A stretch of 60,773 nt of DNA from an uncultured Bacilli bacterium. Lineage in GTDB: Bacteria; Bacillota_I; Bacilli_A; RF39; UBA660. The position numbers and the translations under genes were made by a program. The notes beneath the pieces are model-generated. The model was not told the DNA's origin and ran no database searches. It saw nothing but the letters and a program-made list of their open reading frames with translations. The stretch is taken from positions 1 to 60,773 of the forward strand of contig CAJOJO010000008.1 in the NCBI GenBank assembly GCA_905235045.1, in the 5' to 3' direction. Of the stretch, positions 35,541-45,907 are shown in pieces (positions within the stretch are counted from its first letter, which is position 1; the number at the start of each line of letters is the position of its first letter).

Positions 35541-38500
35541 AAATAGGCTTAATTGATTTGTTTCATCCATTCCTTCAAATATTCCCATTAAGCGCATTTT
35601 ATCAATTAAAGTACTTGATACTTTACATCTTTTTTGGAAATCTTCGATACTAATAAATGGTTGTTTTTCTCTTTCTTGAACTATATTATTAGCAACCGTA
35701 ACACCTAAACCATCAATTGAAGAAAATGGTGGAATAATTGTTTTATCATCAATTACTTCCCAAGTAGTTGAACCACTCTTATATAAATCAATATTAGTAA
35801 AATTAATACCACGAGCACTAGCTTCTAACGAAACGTGCAAAGATTCATATAAACCAGCATCTTTATTAGTTGCGTCTTCTTTATTATTAATTGATGTTAA
35901 AGCATCTTTAATAGCTTTATAACCTTTAATCATAATTTCAACATCAAAGTCTGTTCCTTTACTTGATAACCAGGTTGCATAGAAATAAACTGGCATATGA
36001 ACTTTAAACCAAGCAATTCTAAATGCGCTCATAACATAAGCTGCAGCATGAGCTTTAGGGAACATGTACTTAATTTTCGCACAACTATTTATAAACCATG
36101 GCTCAATACCTATATCTTTCATTAAAGATTCATATTCTAACCATTGTTCTCTTTCTTTTGGTTTACTAGCTTTTCCTTTACGAACAAATTCCATTATTTT
36201 AAATGCCTTAATTGGTTCTAAACCTTTATACATTAAATAAACCATAATATCATCACGACAACCAATTACTTCACTAAATGGAACAATTTTATCTTTAATT
36301 AAGTCTTGAGCATTACCAAGCCATACATCAGTACCATGTGATAAACCTGATATTTTAACTAATTCACCAAAGGTTTTTGGCTTAGTATCTTCAACCATTT
36401 GAATAGTAAATTTTGTACCAAATTCAGGTATACCCAAAGTACCAGTGTTACACATTATTTGGCTTTCTGTAACGCCTAATACTTTTGGTGATAAGAAAAT
36501 AGCCATAGTTTCTTTATCATCTAGTGGTACTTTAGTTACATCTTTACCAGTCATATCTTGTAACATTCTAAGTTGCGTTGGGTCAGAATGTCCTAAAATA
36601 TCAAGTTTTAAAACACAATCTTCAATTTTATGATAATCAAAGTGAGTTGTACGCCAAGGACTAGTAGCATCATCAGCTGGATATTGATATGGGGTAAAAT
36701 CAAATACGTCCATATAATCTGGAATAACAACAATACCACCTGGATGTTGACCAGTTGTTCTTTTAACACCAGTACAATGGGCAGCTAATCTTTCAACTTC
36801 AGCAGTACGCATAGTAATACCTTTATCTTCACAATAGCCTTTAACAAAACCAAAGGCTGTTTTATCAGCAACAGTACCAATTGTACCAGCACGATAAACA
36901 TTATCGACACCAAATAATACTTTTGTGTATTCATGGGCAGCAGCTTGGTTTAAATCACTAAAGTTAAGGTCTATATCAGGAACTTTGTCAGCATTAAATC
37001 CTAAGAAAGTAGCAAATGGCATATCTTGACCATCTTTAGTCATTGGTGTACCACATTTAGGACATATTTTATCTGGTAAATCGATACCGCATGAATATCT
37101 TGAACCTAATGAACCATTTTCATCTTCAAATATACTATGTTTACAATTAGTACAACGATAGTGAGCTGGTAAAGGATTTACTTCGGTTATTCCCATCATC
37201 GTAGCGACAAAACTTGAGCCAACAGAACCACGGGAACCAACTAAGAATCCATCATCATTAGATTTTTTTACTAATCTTTGCGCAATTAAATAAATTGGAT
37301 CAAATCCAGCACCAATAACACCACCCAAGGATTTTTTTAATCTTTGTTCTAAATCATTTTCTTCTAGTTTTTCACCAACTTTATCTAAGATGTTTTGACA
37401 AACTAATGATTTAACATTTTCTACACCCATTAAAATGGTATTATGAAGTTCTTTATAGATTGATTCTTCATCAGTTATATTTTCTTTTGCTAAATTATAT
37501 TTAATTGCTTCTAATACAGCATCACCATATAATTCTTTAGCAATTCTTTCTTCAATATTATATGGAAGTGGACTACCATACCAAGATAAGGCTTTTTCAT
37601 AAACTAAATCTGTTACAACGCTTGGACAATCTACATATGTTCCATCTTCATTTTTAACTCTTGGAGAAAAAGGAACACCTTTTGTATCAATAATAACTTC
37701 AACATCTTCTACCATATCAAAAATCTTATTAGTGTTAGTAACGACTAATTTATAGGCTTCTTCTTTACCTAGAAATTTAAAAGCATCTAACATTTCATCT
37801 GTTGTTCTAAAATAGTAGTTAGGAATTTCTTTATATTTAGCTAATGGATGTCTACCACCACCAGGTACTTTTTGATTAACAATTATTTCACGATAGATTT
37901 TATCTTCAGGTTCTAAATTATGAACATCTCCAGTAGCAACAATTATTTTGCCTGAATCTTCAGTTGTTTTTATTATTTTTTTAACTACTTCGATCATTTC
38001 TTCTTCTGAACCAAAATCACCAGATTCTAATAAATGACTATATAAATCTAATGGTTGTATTTCAACATAATCATAGAAATTAATAATGTTCGTTAATTCT
38101 TCGTCACTTTTACTACGGGCTTCAATAAATACTTCTGATTCATAACAACCACTACCAATCAGTAATCCATCACGATATTTTTCAATTTCACTTCTTAATA
38201 TTCTTGGTGTTTTATATAAGTATTTTGTATTAGCAAGGGAAATAATACGGAATAAATTCTTTAGACCAGTTTTATTTAAAACTAGCAAATTAACATGGTA
38301 AGAACGACCATATTTATGAATTTCATTTTTTGCGACTAATTTATCTAAATCACTTATTTTTTCAATATTACGATCATCTAGTTTTTTTAGCATTTTTGCT
38401 AAAACTAAAGCAGTTCCTTCTGCATCATAGTCAGCTCGATGGTGTGATTCTTCATCAAAAGGAACATTATATCTTTTAACTAAAGCTGATAAACTATGAC

Positions 38501-40004
38501 GAGCAAAGGTATTATCCATTGTCCTTGATAATTCTAATGTATCAATTAAAGTATTAGTATATTCGCCAAAACCATATTTTTTAAATGCCATTTCAATAAA
38601 TGAAGAATCAAATTTAGCATTATGGGCTACCATTGGTAAATCACCAACCCAGTCCATAAATTTTTTAACCGCTTCTTCTTCTTTTGGTTTACCTACTAAC
38701 ATTTCATTAGTTATATTGGTAACGTTAGTAATACGTTCACTAATTTCTTTACCAGGATCTACTAATTCATCATATTTATCAATAATTTCCCCATTTTTAA
38801 GTTTAACCGCACCTATTTCAATAATTGAATCTTCGCCACCAGCATTAAAACCAGTTGTTTCTAAGTCAAAAACAACATAAGTTGAATCTAGTAATGAATC
38901 ATCAGTTGGACGAATTACAATACGCATTGTGTCATCAATTAAAGTTAATTCAGTCCCATATATTACTTTAAATTTTTCTTCACGATCTTTATTTATTCCT
39001 TTAACGTAGTTAAATACATTTGGGAATGCTTGACAGCAGTTATGATCAGTTATAGCAATTCCTTTATGACCAAATTTAATCGCTTTTTTAACTAAATCTT
39101 CTTCTTTAATAACACCATCCATTTGGCTCATCATAGTATGAGCATGAAGTTCAATTCTTTTTGTTTCTGCATTATCAGTACGTTCAGTTATTTCTTTATC
39201 TAAGCGATTTATATCCATAACATTTAAAGTTATATCAGGATTATATTTATCTGGTTCTTTTACTTTAGCTCTTATTTTATACCATTTATTTTCTTCTACA
39301 GCCGGAAAATTTTCTTCACTATTTAAAAACATTGAACCATATATACTATCAGTAAAGTCAGTTATCTTAAAGTTAACAATTTTAAAATCACGGCCATTTT
39401 TTGATCTTAAAGATTTATTTTCTACACCAAATAAGTAAGCTTCGATTGTTACAATCCCACCTGGTTCATAAATTGCGTCAATTCGAGTTATTTCATCATT
39501 AATTTTACGACCATAAATTACTTCATTATCATTATCTTTTACTTCTAATTTAGGAGCCTTTAATTTTATTTCTCCTTTATACTCAATTCTTATTTCATAA
39601 CCACATTTTTGAAATGATTTAATTAAACTTTCTTCTTTTTCGGGAATTAATTGATGAGTATCAATAATTAACTTATCAGCTTTATAAGTTACATTATCAT
39701 TATTTTTTAATTCATCAATTTCTAAAGAATTAACAAAGTAATCTAAATAATTATAAAATTCTTTAATGCTTTTATTATCTACCTTTATGTTTAAACTAAC
39801 TTTTCTAACTCCAGGAAAAGCAGCTTGCAAATTATTATTTAGTTTTAAATATAAATTAAATGGTAAAGTATTATTTAAATGAATATTAATAACACAAACA
39901 TCTTTTGTATCATTAGTTACAATGCTTTCTAAAGTACCATTTAAAAAATATTCGTGTTCATTTATACCCGCTTTTTCTAATAACTTTTCTAACTTGTTAT
40001 CCAT
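35538..40004 (-). CDS. polC: DNA polymerase III PolC-type
   Basis: ~1488 aa from the ATG with an AAAGGTGG RBS. It has PHP, a DEDDh exonuclease (VVFDLETTGF, HNAKFDSSF, HRADYDA), Zn fingers CTNC/CPKC and the pol III alpha core. Confidence 0.97.
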   Translation of the reverse strand: MDNKLEKLLEKAGINEHEYFLNGTLESIVTNDTKDVCVINIHLNNTLPFNLYLKLNNNLQAAFPGVRKVSLNIKVDNKSIKEFYNYLDYFVNSLEIDELKNNDNVTYKADKLIIDTHQLIPEKEESLIKSFQKCGYEIRIEYKGEIKLKAPKLEVKDNDNEVIYGRKINDEITRIDAIYEPGGIVTIEAYLFGVENKSLRSKNGRDFKIVNFKITDFTDSIYGSMFLNSEENFPAVEENKWYKIRAKVKEPDKYNPDITLNVMDINRLDKEITERTDNAETKRIELHAHTMMSQMDGVIKEEDLVKKAIKFGHKGIAITDHNCCQAFPNVFNYVKGINKDREEKFKVIYGTELTLIDDTMRIVIRPTDDSLLDSTYVVFDLETTGFNAGGEDSIIEIGAVKLKNGEIIDKYDELVDPGKEISERITNVTNITNEMLVGKPKEEEAVKKFMDWVGDLPMVAHNAKFDSSFIEMAFKKYGFGEYTNTLIDTLELSRTMDNTFARHSLSALVKRYNVPFDEESHHRADYDAEGTALVLAKMLKKLDDRNIEKISDLDKLVAKNEIHKYGRSYHVNLLVLNKTGLKNLFRIISLANTKYLYKTPRILRSEIEKYRDGLLIGSGCYESEVFIEARSKSDEELTNIINFYDYVEIQPLDLYSHLLESGDFGSEEEMIEVVKKIIKTTEDSGKIIVATGDVHNLEPEDKIYREIIVNQKVPGGGRHPLAKYKEIPNYYFRTTDEMLDAFKFLGKEEAYKLVVTNTNKIFDMVEDVEVIIDTKGVPFSPRVKNEDGTYVDCPSVVTDLVYEKALSWYGSPLPYNIEERIAKELYGDAVLEAIKYNLAKENITDEESIYKELHNTILMGVENVKSLVCQNILDKVGEKLEENDLEQRLKKSLGGVIGAGFDPIYLIAQRLVKKSNDDGFLVGSRGSVGSSFVATMMGITEVNPLPAHYRCTNCKHSIFEDENGSLGSRYSCGIDLPDKICPKCGTPMTKDGQDMPFATFLGFNADKVPDIDLNFSDLNQAAAHEYTKVLFGVDNVYRAGTIGTVADKTAFGFVKGYCEDKGITMRTAEVERLAAHCTGVKRTTGQHPGGIVVIPDYMDVFDFTPYQYPADDATSPWRTTHFDYHKIEDCVLKLDILGHSDPTQLRMLQDMTGKDVTKVPLDDKETMAIFLSPKVLGVTESQIMCNTGTLGIPEFGTKFTIQMVEDTKPKTFGELVKISGLSHGTDVWLGNAQDLIKDKIVPFSEVIGCRDDIMVYLMYKGLEPIKAFKIMEFVRKGKASKPKEREQWLEYESLMKDIGIEPWFINSCAKIKYMFPKAHAAAYVMSAFRIAWFKVHMPVYFYATWLSSKGTDFDVEIMIKGYKAIKDALTSINNKEDATNKDAGLYESLHVSLEASARGINFTNIDLYKSGSTTWEVIDDKTIIPPFSSIDGLGVTVANNIVQEREKQPFISIEDFQKRCKVSSTLIDKMRLMGIFEGMDETNQLSLF

Positions 40005-40053
40005 ACTTACCACCTTTAAATATTATAACAAAAAAAAGGTTCAAAATAAACCT

Positions 40054-40479
40054 TTATTTTTTTACTTGACCAACTACTTTTTCAAATCCCATCCATGGAA
40101 GTAGTGCACATTTTTTTCTGTTTGGTTGTTTTGCAATATTATCATAAATTATTAGTTCTTCTAAGATATTTTCATCATAGTCTTCCTCATTTATCATATT
40201 TTTAAAATTATTATAAATAGTAACTGCTTCTTCTAAAGTTTTACCAATTAATTTATTAACCATTAAAGATGTTGAACTAGTACATATAGCACAAGCTTCA
40301 CCATCAAAATAAGCATCAACTATTTTATCATCAACTAACTTTACCATTAAGTTTATTTCATCAATACATGTATCACTATTAGCATTAACTAATATATAAT
40401 CATCATCATTTATTAATCCTTTATGAAAAGGATGCTCATAGTTATCTAAGATTATTTCTTTACGCATTTCTTGATCCAT
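40054..40479 (-). CDS. sufU: Fe-S cluster scaffold/sulfur acceptor SufU (NifU N-terminal family)
   Basis: 141 aa with conserved Cys in SDTCIDEI, GEACAICTSS and KKCALLPW. Confidence 0.9.
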   Translation of the reverse strand: MDQEMRKEIILDNYEHPFHKGLINDDDYILVNANSDTCIDEINLMVKLVDDKIVDAYFDGEACAICTSSTSLMVNKLIGKTLEEAVTIYNNFKNMINEEDYDENILEELIIYDNIAKQPNRKKCALLPWMGFEKVVGQVKK

Positions 40480-40514
40480 AAATATCACCAATAAAAAAAA
40501 GAAACAATGTTTCT

Positions 40515-40775
40515 TTATTTAGCTTCAACAATAAGTTTAATGGCAGTTCTTTCTTCACCATCAATTACAATATCAGTAAAGGCTGGAATACAAACTAAAT
40601 TTTTACCAGATGGTGCGACAAAGCCACGCGCAATGGCAATACCTTTTATTGCTTGATTAAGGGCCCCGGCTCCGATTGCTTGGATTTCGGCTTCATCGTT
40701 AGTACGGAATACATTAGCTAAAGCTCCAGCTACTGAATTAGGATTTGATTTACTTGATACTTTAAGTGTTTCCAT
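40515..40775 (-). CDS. spoVS: Stage V sporulation protein S
   Basis: 86 aa, closely matching my recollection of B. subtilis SpoVS (KVS.KS.PNSVAGALA...IQAIGAGALNQA.K..AIARGFVAPSG..L.CIPAFTDI.IDGEERTAIKLIVE). Confidence 0.95.
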   Translation of the reverse strand: METLKVSSKSNPNSVAGALANVFRTNDEAEIQAIGAGALNQAIKGIAIARGFVAPSGKNLVCIPAFTDIVIDGEERTAIKLIVEAK

Positions 40776-40825
40776 CTATTTTTCCTCCTTATAGTAAATT
40801 ATATTTTTAACATAAAAAAAAAGAA

Positions 40826-41842
40826 CTATTTTTGTTCTTTATTATAGATAACTTTATCAAATAATGGTTTAATGCCTGTTCCATCATCGTTTAAATGAAT
40901 TTTTGATTGATAAATATCATAACCAGGTAATTGGTTTCCTTCAATCATAACTGGTCCATTATTTGTAATTGCTACATCCCAACCAACTAATCCAACTTCC
41001 GGAATTACTTTAGCGGCTTCTTTAACCATTTGAATGGCTTCATTAAAGTAAGGTATTTTAAATCCTTCAATTAAAGTATTAGTTACTGGATGATTAATAT
41101 AAACATTACCTTTTTTATCAATAGCTGGTTTCGTTATAACACCATCTTCACTAATAATACTATACATTCCTCCATGGTTAAAATTATCAACCACATTTTT
41201 ACCATTACCGATTCTTATTGCGCGAAATAAAATAGTTGTTCTACCTTTTTTATAACAAGAAACAATTCTTAATGTATTAACACTATAAGGAAATAATTCA
41301 TTCATTTTTTTGTGTTGTTTAACACATTCTTCAATTAATAATTGTTTGTTATGAACTAATCGCATGTATAAGTTTTTTAAATTAGTTTTTTCGTTTATCT
41401 CAATTTTTTGAATGTCTTTACCACATTGAGCATCAATTGGTTTTACAATAATTACTTTATGTTTTAAAGCAAATTCACTAAATACTTCTAAGTTAGATCT
41501 TAAATAAATATATTCTCTTCCTAAATAATCATTAAATTTCTCGTTAAATTTTATTTTATTATTAAACCAATCATAATATAGACTATTATTCATGGTTTTA
41601 ATGTAACCATTATTAACACCTCTTGTAATAAAAGTTTTTCTTTGACGACGAGTTAAATTTTCAAAGAAGAATACTTTATAATCCATATAACCAGCTTGAT
41701 ATTTAATAGAGCAGATAATCATATCGAAGAAGATATGTATACGCCATTTACCACTTCTTTTAGATACTTCTTTAACGCTTTCAAACATTGATTTAAAGCT
41801 CATAGTAAATAATCTTTTAAAGTAATAAGTTATCTTCTTCAT
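40826..41842 (-). CDS. Sugar-transfer-associated ATP-grasp family protein (ATPgrasp_ST-like)
   Basis: 338 aa. The N-terminal region (IFFDMIICSIKYQAGYMDYKVFFFENLTRRQRKTFITRG) and the C-terminal ATP-grasp core are typical of this family, identified from memory. Confidence 0.65.
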   Translation of the reverse strand: MKKITYYFKRLFTMSFKSMFESVKEVSKRSGKWRIHIFFDMIICSIKYQAGYMDYKVFFFENLTRRQRKTFITRGVNNGYIKTMNNSLYYDWFNNKIKFNEKFNDYLGREYIYLRSNLEVFSEFALKHKVIIVKPIDAQCGKDIQKIEINEKTNLKNLYMRLVHNKQLLIEECVKQHKKMNELFPYSVNTLRIVSCYKKGRTTILFRAIRIGNGKNVVDNFNHGGMYSIISEDGVITKPAIDKKGNVYINHPVTNTLIEGFKIPYFNEAIQMVKEAAKVIPEVGLVGWDVAITNNGPVMIEGNQLPGYDIYQSKIHLNDDGTGIKPLFDKVIYNKEQK

Positions 41843-41887
41843 ATTATCACCTAATATAATTTTAACATTTTATTAAAAAAAAAGAAA

Positions 41888-42103
41888 CTAATTTGTTTCT
41901 TCCTTTACACATGGTGTACTTGTGCACAAAGCGACATAAGTAATAATAACTAAAATAATAGATACTGGTATAATTGCATGTGTTTCAATATGATAAATGA
42001 ATTTTGTATGACTTATTATTGTTTGATATAAATAGTCATATAAAGGACATACAATTAAACCTAATAAAGAAAATCCTATTATATTAGATAGATATTCTTT
42101 CAC
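41888..42103 (-). CDS. Small 2-TM membrane protein
   Basis: 71 aa with a GTG start behind a strong GGAGGGTGG RBS and its own terminator. Confidence 0.55.
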   Translation of the reverse strand: MKEYLSNIIGFSLLGLIVCPLYDYLYQTIISHTKFIYHIETHAIIPVSIILVIITYVALCTSTPCVKEETN

Positions 42104-42152
42104 CGAACCACCCTCCTATTATAATTATACCTTATAATTGATGGCTTGGCAA

Positions 42153-43319
42153 TTAAAAAATTATATTACCTGTAATTATATCTTTTATATTTTTAAAATA
42201 TAAACTTATAATATTTGTTTTAGTTATATCTTCTTTAACGGTAACTGGTATTTCATTAATTACTTTATTATTTTCTTTTATTTTTAAATTACCAATTATT
42301 GTTCCTTTTTTTATTGGCGCTTCAATTTTCTTTAGTTTTAATTCATAAGTAATTTTACCTAATTTTGTTCCTTTTGGTTTAACTATATTTACATCATACA
42401 TAGGTACTATTAAAGCATAATCATTTGCGGCTTTATCAATTACTTCTTTCTTAATAACAGTATCTTTTTTAGCAATGTTATAAACGGTTATTTTGGCAAA
42501 ACCATAGTCTAATAATGATGATATTTCAGCATTTCTAGTACTACTAGATGGTTCATTCATAGCAACGGCAATTAACCTAACATTATCTTTTTTAGCAGTA
42601 GCGGTTAAACAATAACCAGCGGTATCAGTATAACCAGTTTTTAATCCATCTGCACCATTATAAAAACGTACTAGTTTATTGGTGTTAACTAACCAAAATT
42701 CTTTATCAGTTCCTTTTCTTAAATAATCTTCATAAATACTAGTATATTTTAATACTTCTTCATGTTTAATAAGTTCTTTAGCAATTACACTCATATCATA
42801 AGCACTAGAATAATGATTAGCCTCATCTAAACCATGGGGATTTTTAAAGTTGGAATCTTTTAGCCCTAATTCTTTAGCTTTTTTATTCATCTCATTTACA
42901 AATTCAGAAACTGTTCCATAAGTTGCTTCTGCAAGAGCTACTACTGCATCATTCCCACTCGCAACTGCAACACCTTTAAATAAATCCGATACAGTCATTA
43001 CTTCTCCTGCTTCTAATAGGATTTGTGAACCACCCATTTTTGATGCATTTTCGGATATTGTAATTTTATCATCCCAATTAATTACTCCTTTTTCAATTGC
43101 TTCAATAATTACTAACATACTCATTATTTTAGTCATTGAAGCGGGCGCTAATTTTTCATGGCTATTTTTCTCAAATAAAATTTCCCCGGTTGTTGCTTCA
43201 ATTAAAATAGCTGATTTAGCATTACTAGCTAAAGAGTCATCAACCATTATAGTGTTTTCACTTGCAAAGATACTAATAGGAAGTAATAAACTTATTAAAA
43301 ACAATAATACTTTCTTCAT
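42153..43319 (-). CDS. D-alanyl-D-alanine carboxypeptidase (PBP5 family, DacB/DacF-like)
   Basis: 388 aa with a signal peptide and the SMTK, SGN and KTGYT motifs. It is adjacent to the spoVA genes. Confidence 0.9.
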   Translation of the reverse strand: MKKVLLFLISLLLPISIFASENTIMVDDSLASNAKSAILIEATTGEILFEKNSHEKLAPASMTKIMSMLVIIEAIEKGVINWDDKITISENASKMGGSQILLEAGEVMTVSDLFKGVAVASGNDAVVALAEATYGTVSEFVNEMNKKAKELGLKDSNFKNPHGLDEANHYSSAYDMSVIAKELIKHEEVLKYTSIYEDYLRKGTDKEFWLVNTNKLVRFYNGADGLKTGYTDTAGYCLTATAKKDNVRLIAVAMNEPSSSTRNAEISSLLDYGFAKITVYNIAKKDTVIKKEVIDKAANDYALIVPMYDVNIVKPKGTKLGKITYELKLKKIEAPIKKGTIIGNLKIKENNKVINEIPVTVKEDITKTNIISLYFKNIKDIITGNIIF

Positions 43320-43362
43320 AATCCACCTCTAATTAAATGTATGAAATTTATAAAAAAAAAGA

Positions 43363-43713
43363 CTATGATTTAGGTTTAAAAATTAGACTCATAAAAAAAG
43401 AAAAGACAATTACTGCGACTATACCAGGCGAAGTTAAATCAAACATACCAAAAAATAATCCAATTATACCAAAATTACGAGCTGCTTCCATTGCTCCATG
43501 AATTAGTGAATGACCAAAAGAAGTGATGGGAATTAATGCTCCTCCACCAACTCTTATAATAATCCAATCATAGATACTAAAAATATCTAAAAAAGTTCCT
43601 ATTACAACAAAAAGGGTTGTTATATGACCACTTGTTAATTTTGTGTTGTCAAGAATTATTTGTCCTAGTAAACAAATAAAACCACAGAATAAAAAAGAGT
43701 TTAAGTATAACAT
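43363..43713 (-). CDS. spoVAE: Stage V sporulation protein AE (SpoVAEB)
   Basis: 116 aa membrane protein. It is a paralogue of SpoVAC, and its start overlaps the spoVAD stop (TAATG). Confidence 0.85.
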   Translation of the reverse strand: MLYLNSFLFCGFICLLGQIILDNTKLTSGHITTLFVVIGTFLDIFSIYDWIIIRVGGGALIPITSFGHSLIHGAMEAARNFGIIGLFFGMFDLTSPGIVAVIVFSFFMSLIFKPKS

Positions 43714-44687
43714 TAGATTACCTCCAAACTAATCGCATGACATATTGCTGGAATACTAAGTTTTAAGTTAACCATTGTAGGTGACATTAAAGCACCCGTA
43801 GCAAGTAATAAAACTTTATTTATTTCCTTTTTTTGCATTTTTTCTAAAATATAACTATATGTAACAAGTGGCAAACAAGCTGGTCCCGATCCTCCCGCAT
43901 AAACATTTTGCTTATCTAAATCATATATCATACAGGCCGAATCATCATAATTTGTTAAATTTATATTATAATCTTTTTTCATTAAAATTTTAAAAATATC
44001 CTTCCCATAACGACCTAAATCGCCACTTAGGATTAAATCATAATAAGAATAGTCACGGTGTGTTTCAAGTAAGTGGGTATATAATGTTTTTGCGCAAGCA
44101 GGAGCCATAACCGAACCCATATCATAGACATCTTTTATCCCCATATCAACTACTTCACCAATTGTTGCTGATTCAATTTTAATACAACTTTTTTTATTTG
44201 ATAAGTATGCAGCTCCAACACCAGTTGTGGTAAAAGTTGCGGTTTTTGGCTTTATTCCACCATATTCAACAGGATAACGAAATTGTCTTTCAGCAGTATT
44301 ATTATGTGAAGAAGCGGAACAAATGCAAGAATTTATAATATTATGTTCAATAAAATTAGATGCAATAATTAATCCTTGAACGCTAGATGCACAAGCACTA
44401 TAAATTCCTAAATAAGGAAGACTTAATTTACTTGCTGCATAGTTAGAAGCAACCAACTGGTTTAATAAATCACCCGATATAAATAAATCTGGTTTTCCTG
44501 ATTGAATAATTAAAGCATTAACTGCTTCTTCAATTATTTTACTTTCTGCTTTTTCAAAACTTTTAGCACCAAAATAAAAATCTTGATATACTTTATCATA
44601 ATATTTACCTAATGGTCCTTTTGCTTCATTTATCCCAGCTATTGTGTAAGTATTATTTAAATAAACATTATTATATTTTGTGGTCAT
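43713..44687 (-). CDS. spoVAD: Stage V sporulation protein AD
   Basis: 324 aa from an ATG overlapping the spoVAC stop (ATGA), with a GGAGGT RBS. Thiolase-like fold. Confidence 0.9.
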   Translation of the reverse strand: MTTKYNNVYLNNTYTIAGINEAKGPLGKYYDKVYQDFYFGAKSFEKAESKIIEEAVNALIIQSGKPDLFISGDLLNQLVASNYAASKLSLPYLGIYSACASSVQGLIIASNFIEHNIINSCICSASSHNNTAERQFRYPVEYGGIKPKTATFTTTGVGAAYLSNKKSCIKIESATIGEVVDMGIKDVYDMGSVMAPACAKTLYTHLLETHRDYSYYDLILSGDLGRYGKDIFKILMKKDYNINLTNYDDSACMIYDLDKQNVYAGGSGPACLPLVTYSYILEKMQKKEINKVLLLATGALMSPTMVNLKLSIPAICHAISLEVI

Positions 44688-45130
44688 ATGGTACCTCCAA
44701 ATAGACATATTCTAATTAAAGCAAGAACATAAGCACTAATAATTCCAAATGCAATAACTGTTCCCGCTAGTTTAAACATATTTGCCCCTATACCAGTTAC
44801 TAGTCCTTCTTTTCGGTATTCCATTGTTGAACTCATTACGGAATGAGCAAAGCCTGTAATTGGAATAATTAAACCACCACCAGCCCATTTTACAAGACTA
44901 TCAAAAAAACCAATTCCTGTAAATAAGCAAGCAACAAATATAATCGTAATAATCATATAAGGATTTGCTTCTACTCTTGGAATTTCAAAGATATTCATAT
45001 AAATATTTACTAATAACTCAGCTAAAGCACCTATAGAGCCACCAATTAAAAAAGCCTTAATACTATTTTTAATTCTATCTTCTTTAGGAGTTCTCTTTTT
45101 TACAAGTTCTTGATACTTTCCTTTTTCCAT
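44684..45130 (-). CDS. spoVAC: Stage V sporulation protein AC
   Basis: ~148 aa, 4 TM, first gene of the spoVAC-D-E order. Confidence 0.9.
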   Translation of the reverse strand: MEKGKYQELVKKRTPKEDRIKNSIKAFLIGGSIGALAELLVNIYMNIFEIPRVEANPYMIITIIFVACLFTGIGFFDSLVKWAGGGLIIPITGFAHSVMSSTMEYRKEGLVTGIGANMFKLAGTVIAFGIISAYVLALIRICLFGGTI

Positions 45131-45181
45131 ATTTTTCACCAATAATAGTATGGAAAAAATGAACTTTTTTATACAAAAAAA

Positions 45182-45829
45182 TTAAGCCACATATGACTTA
45201 ATTTTTTGCTTTATTTTAGTTAATTCTCTTGATACTTTAACTTGATTTTTATTAAGTAAAGAAGCTATTTCTTCTTGCGTATAATTATTTAAATTATGAT
45301 TTAGTATAAAACGTTCTTCTTCGCTTAATTTACTTATTGCATCTTTTAGCAATAACAAAGTATCAATATCAGTGTCTGGACTACTTATGGTATCCATTAA
45401 AGTTATATTATTGTCATCAGTACTAATTAAAGTATCAGTACTAAGTACGGGATTCATTACTTTTAAACATTCAATTATTTCAACTTCATCTATTTCTAAA
45501 AAATGTGCTAATTCATGAGTAGTTGGATAATGATTATTCTTTTGGGATAATATATTGATTGCTTTTTCTAATTTTAAACTTAGCGCATTCATTTTACTCC
45601 CTACTTTAATACTTTTATCTTCACAAACTTGTTTATACATTTCACCTAAAATATATGGATAAGCGTAGGTAGTAAATTTAGCTCCATAAGAATTATCATA
45701 ATTTTGATAAGCATTCATTAAACCTATATAACCTGCTTGATATAAGTCATCTTTATTAGCATAATTTTTAAAACGCTTCATAATACTATAAATTAATTTA
45801 CTATATTCTGTAATATCTTCATTAGTCAT
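45182..45829 (-). CDS. Sigma-70 family sigma factor, sporulation SigF/SigG-like
   Basis: 215 aa with region 2 (DLYQAGYIGLMNAYQNYD...FTTYAYPYILGEM) and a region 4 HTH (YTQEEIASLLNKNQVKVSRE). It lies directly upstream of spoVA. Confidence 0.75.
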   Translation of the reverse strand: MTNEDITEYSKLIYSIMKRFKNYANKDDLYQAGYIGLMNAYQNYDNSYGAKFTTYAYPYILGEMYKQVCEDKSIKVGSKMNALSLKLEKAINILSQKNNHYPTTHELAHFLEIDEVEIIECLKVMNPVLSTDTLISTDDNNITLMDTISSPDTDIDTLLLLKDAISKLSEEERFILNHNLNNYTQEEIASLLNKNQVKVSRELTKIKQKIKSYVA

Positions 45830-45907
45830 ATGAGTTCCTCCTAGTTTAATTTAGCATATTTTTAATATTATTTATACTAAATCGACAAAACTAGAAAAAA
45901 AAAGACC

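Noticed and set aside
40826-42103. ATP-grasp plus an upstream small ORF as a graspetide/RiPP cluster.
   Set aside because: The small ORF is a 2-TM membrane protein with its own terminator, not a leader-core peptide. The ATP-grasp resembles the sugar-transfer-associated type rather than microviridin-type ligases.
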